Shown here: positions 61,613 through 64,000 of the stretch, piece after piece
Position numbering within the stretch: position 1 is the first letter of the stretch
Layout of the letters: every line of letters starts with the position of its first letter
DNA from: a bacterium
GTDB taxonomy: Bacteria; Zhuqueibacterota; Zhuqueibacteria; Residuimicrobiales; Krinioviventaceae
Length of the DNA: 64,000 nt
NCBI GenBank assembly: GCA_963675755.2
Contig: CAXXMD010000003.1
Coordinates: forward strand, 480,001-544,000
Direction of reading: 5' to 3'
Program-made: the position numbers and the translations under genes
Notes under the pieces: generated by a model
Database searches by the model: none
The model's input: the letters and a program-made list of their open reading frames with translations, nothing else
What the model was told of the DNA's origin: nothing

Positions 61613-63955
61613 CTAGTATATAGCCTTGATATTGTAATTTCCTTCCTTGACCTTGAAAACCATATAATTATCTTTATCACTACTAAATTCTATACCTGTC
61701 TGCTGTACAGCTTTATTCTTTTCCCACACCGGTTTCCCATTGCACATTACAGATTTGGGGGTCTTGCCCGCAGGAATGCCCACAAGTGCAGTTGTCGATT
61801 TAGGCACATCTATTCTTGCTGTAAATTGTTTTTCTGCTTGTTCAAGCTCAACACGTATTTCACCCGCTGTACTCGCAACACGGGTCTGGATATTTTTCAA
61901 ACTTCCCATCTGCGGCATCACCTGAAAAGATTTGTATCCCGCTTCTACTGGCGATATACCGGTTGCATATTGCGACAACAATGTTAACGGGCCGCCGCTC
62001 CAGGCATGGTTATAGGTTCCCCATCTGAAATTGTGCTGTTGATCTTCCCAGCCTTCCCACAAGGTAGAAAGTTCGCTATCAACCATTTCTGCATATCTTT
62101 TTTTCATGCGGTCCAGAGCATCCTGGGGATAATCCATCAAATACAATGCTTCCAGTACATATTTCTCCATATAAGGACTGGCATGATACTCGTCTTTTAA
62201 AACTTGGCGTATCTTTTTAAACTTGTCAGGTTTTGCCAGACCCGTAACAACCGCCAACGCGTTGGCGCGGTCATCGGTTTCACCGTCATATTCCGGTGAA
62301 CGATAGGCTTTGCCGTTCCAAAATGTCGTATTAAAATTGGCATCGATACTTGCCATCCGTTCCTTAGCCCAGTTCACATCGTCCGAACGACTGAACAGCC
62401 CGGCCATGTTAGCATATCCCTTTAATGCCAGATAATACCATTCATTAAAAAGGATTTCCATATCTTTGTTTTCGCCCCAGTCACCCCAGGTCCAGCCGCC
62501 TTTGCGGGGAACAACCAACCCGTTTTCACCCAGTTTCCAGACCTCTAAATAAGTCCTGACATGGGGATACACGGATCGCAGTGTCTCAATATCTCCGGAA
62601 TGAAAATAATAGGTCCAGAAACCATAATATCCCACACTTGCAAGCATCTGCATGGGCAGTTCACGGTCATAATTACCCGCAGGGATCGGAGAAAATATGG
62701 TGGAATCGGGTCTTTGCCAGCTCATAAGCTCAATGATTGCTTTTTTTGCCAAAAGCTGGGATTGCGGACATAGTGCGTAAAAGGATTCGCCAATTTCATT
62801 CACTGCGTCTCCCCACCATTGCGCGCGTTCTCTGTCCGGGCAATCCATATAGTTGTCGCGCATGGTAATGTACAATGTCCGTCTGGATTTTTCCCACAAT
62901 GTATTATAAAAGGAATCATCACATTCAAATTGGCCGCTGAATTCCGTATTATAACCGGTTTCGCGGTATTTCAGATCCAGCACCTCTACTCCCGCCGGAA
63001 TGATGTAATACATTTCATGTCCGTTGATCCACCCCAGGGATTCATATCCTTGTTCACCTTCTTGAGTAACATATGCTGCACGCAGGTTTGCCGGGCCGCC
63101 GCCGTGGTAATCATCTGTCAGCATCTCTATTTTCAGTCCGGCTTTGGCTTTGACTTTAAGATATGGGGTAACCTGTGCGTTATAAGGCAGTTTACAAACC
63201 AGGGTATCTCCGGTAGAGGTTAATGGCAGTTTTGGTGCTTTTGTATAGGATTTCAAACCATAATCTTTCCATTGCGGAATGGGACGTTTTACCAGCTTGT
63301 TCCAGGGTTGGCATCCCGCAGGGCCATATTCTCCCGTATCTCCCCATCCCTTGAGTTTGAAACCGGATTGCTGCCAACCGGGCATATCGTTTCGGGCGTC
63401 AAAGCATACATTCGACTCGGACAAACGATAATTCGGCTGTGAACCGGAATCATCATTATAATATCCGGGATGCACACGGCTGCGCCAGGATTGGTCGGAC
63501 TTTACCAGCACATTGCCCGTTTCATCATTCATTTCAAAGATCAATCCCGCTCTACCGCTGGAGTGATGCGAAAATCCGTTTTTACCAAAATACCAAACCA
63601 GTACCGCAATGGTGTTCTCGCCTGTTTTTAAATGTTCGGTCAGGTCCAATTCGTCATAATAAGTATCCTGCGGAGAAGGACCACGTTTTAATCCGCCTTC
63701 AAACACAACCAGTTCTCCGTTCAACCACAACCAGTATTTGGAATCTACTGCAATTTTGGCAATTGCTTGTTGTGGCAGACTGTCAAGATTAACTGACTTG
63801 CGAAAAGCAATCCAGCTATTGGATTTATCCTGCGCGTTAAAGTTGTATATCCATTTGGCTTGCCAGTCTGTTTCCTGAGCGTGCAAAACGTTAATGGGTA
63901 AAAAATATACAACCGCTAAAATGATTAATAAGCAATACAGTGTTCTCGTTCGCAT
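61613..63955 (-). CDS. Alpha-L-rhamnosidase-like, GH78
   Basis: MDCPDRERAQWWGD, WGDW, TLWEGW, NHAWSGGP; signal peptide. Confidence 0.88.
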   Translation of the reverse strand: MRTRTLYCLLIILAVVYFLPINVLHAQETDWQAKWIYNFNAQDKSNSWIAFRKSVNLDSLPQQAIAKIAVDSKYWLWLNGELVVFEGGLKRGPSPQDTYYDELDLTEHLKTGENTIAVLVWYFGKNGFSHHSSGRAGLIFEMNDETGNVLVKSDQSWRSRVHPGYYNDDSGSQPNYRLSESNVCFDARNDMPGWQQSGFKLKGWGDTGEYGPAGCQPWNKLVKRPIPQWKDYGLKSYTKAPKLPLTSTGDTLVCKLPYNAQVTPYLKVKAKAGLKIEMLTDDYHGGGPANLRAAYVTQEGEQGYESLGWINGHEMYYIIPAGVEVLDLKYRETGYNTEFSGQFECDDSFYNTLWEKSRRTLYITMRDNYMDCPDRERAQWWGDAVNEIGESFYALCPQSQLLAKKAIIELMSWQRPDSTIFSPIPAGNYDRELPMQMLASVGYYGFWTYYFHSGDIETLRSVYPHVRTYLEVWKLGENGLVVPRKGGWTWGDWGENKDMEILFNEWYYLALKGYANMAGLFSRSDDVNWAKERMASIDANFNTTFWNGKAYRSPEYDGETDDRANALAVVTGLAKPDKFKKIRQVLKDEYHASPYMEKYVLEALYLMDYPQDALDRMKKRYAEMVDSELSTLWEGWEDQQHNFRWGTYNHAWSGGPLTLLSQYATGISPVEAGYKSFQVMPQMGSLKNIQTRVASTAGEIRVELEQAEKQFTARIDVPKSTTALVGIPAGKTPKSVMCNGKPVWEKNKAVQQTGIEFSSDKDNYMVFKVKEGNYNIKAIY

Positions 63956-64000
63956 TCCGTCTCCAAAAGTTGATTAGACATACATATCCGGGTCCGGGGA

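Noticed and set aside
1-64000. tRNA, rRNA, prophage or integron
   Set aside because: No cloverleaf/T-loop signatures, rRNA motifs, phage structural genes or integrase found by eye. tRNAscan/Infernal would be needed to exclude small RNAs fully.

Overview
64-kb bacterial chromosomal window, probably from an FCB-superphylum organism such as KSB1/Calditrichota. That placement is inferred from a T9SS-type C-terminal sorting domain, Tat-exported Gfo/Idh/MocA and DegT enzymes, and a TonB receptor. About 45 CDS are supported. I found no rRNA, tRNA, CRISPR array, integrase or intact IS. Main blocks: a TonB receptor-methyltransferase-(ECF S/T-like membrane + NTPase fusion) uptake operon; mscS; a YeiE/YeiH-like LysR/exporter pair; SPFH/NfeD; fadD; AddAB-like helicase-nuclease; an AT-rich segment (~25.6-49.7 kb); an EF-hand gene with a sigma-54 promoter and structured leader; a TetR-AKR-SDR unit; GH51 and GH78 glycosidases. 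The AT-rich segment holds a sulfation cluster (two membrane-anchored arylsulfotransferases, a small exported 'A|YIGPG' membrane peptide, a small membrane protein and a PAPS-type sulfotransferase), a B12-radical SAM trio, a PAS kinase/NtrC pair and a sigma-54-driven cheY-cheW-3xMCP array. Two intergenic regions are packed with REP-like hairpins, one as a ~195-bp direct duplication. The best candidate for an undescribed system is the sulfation cluster, read as a possible trans-envelope sulfate relay using a tyrosine-bearing peptide. The single-chain ECF-like transporter comes next. All functional calls come from reading motifs by eye; no database searches were run.
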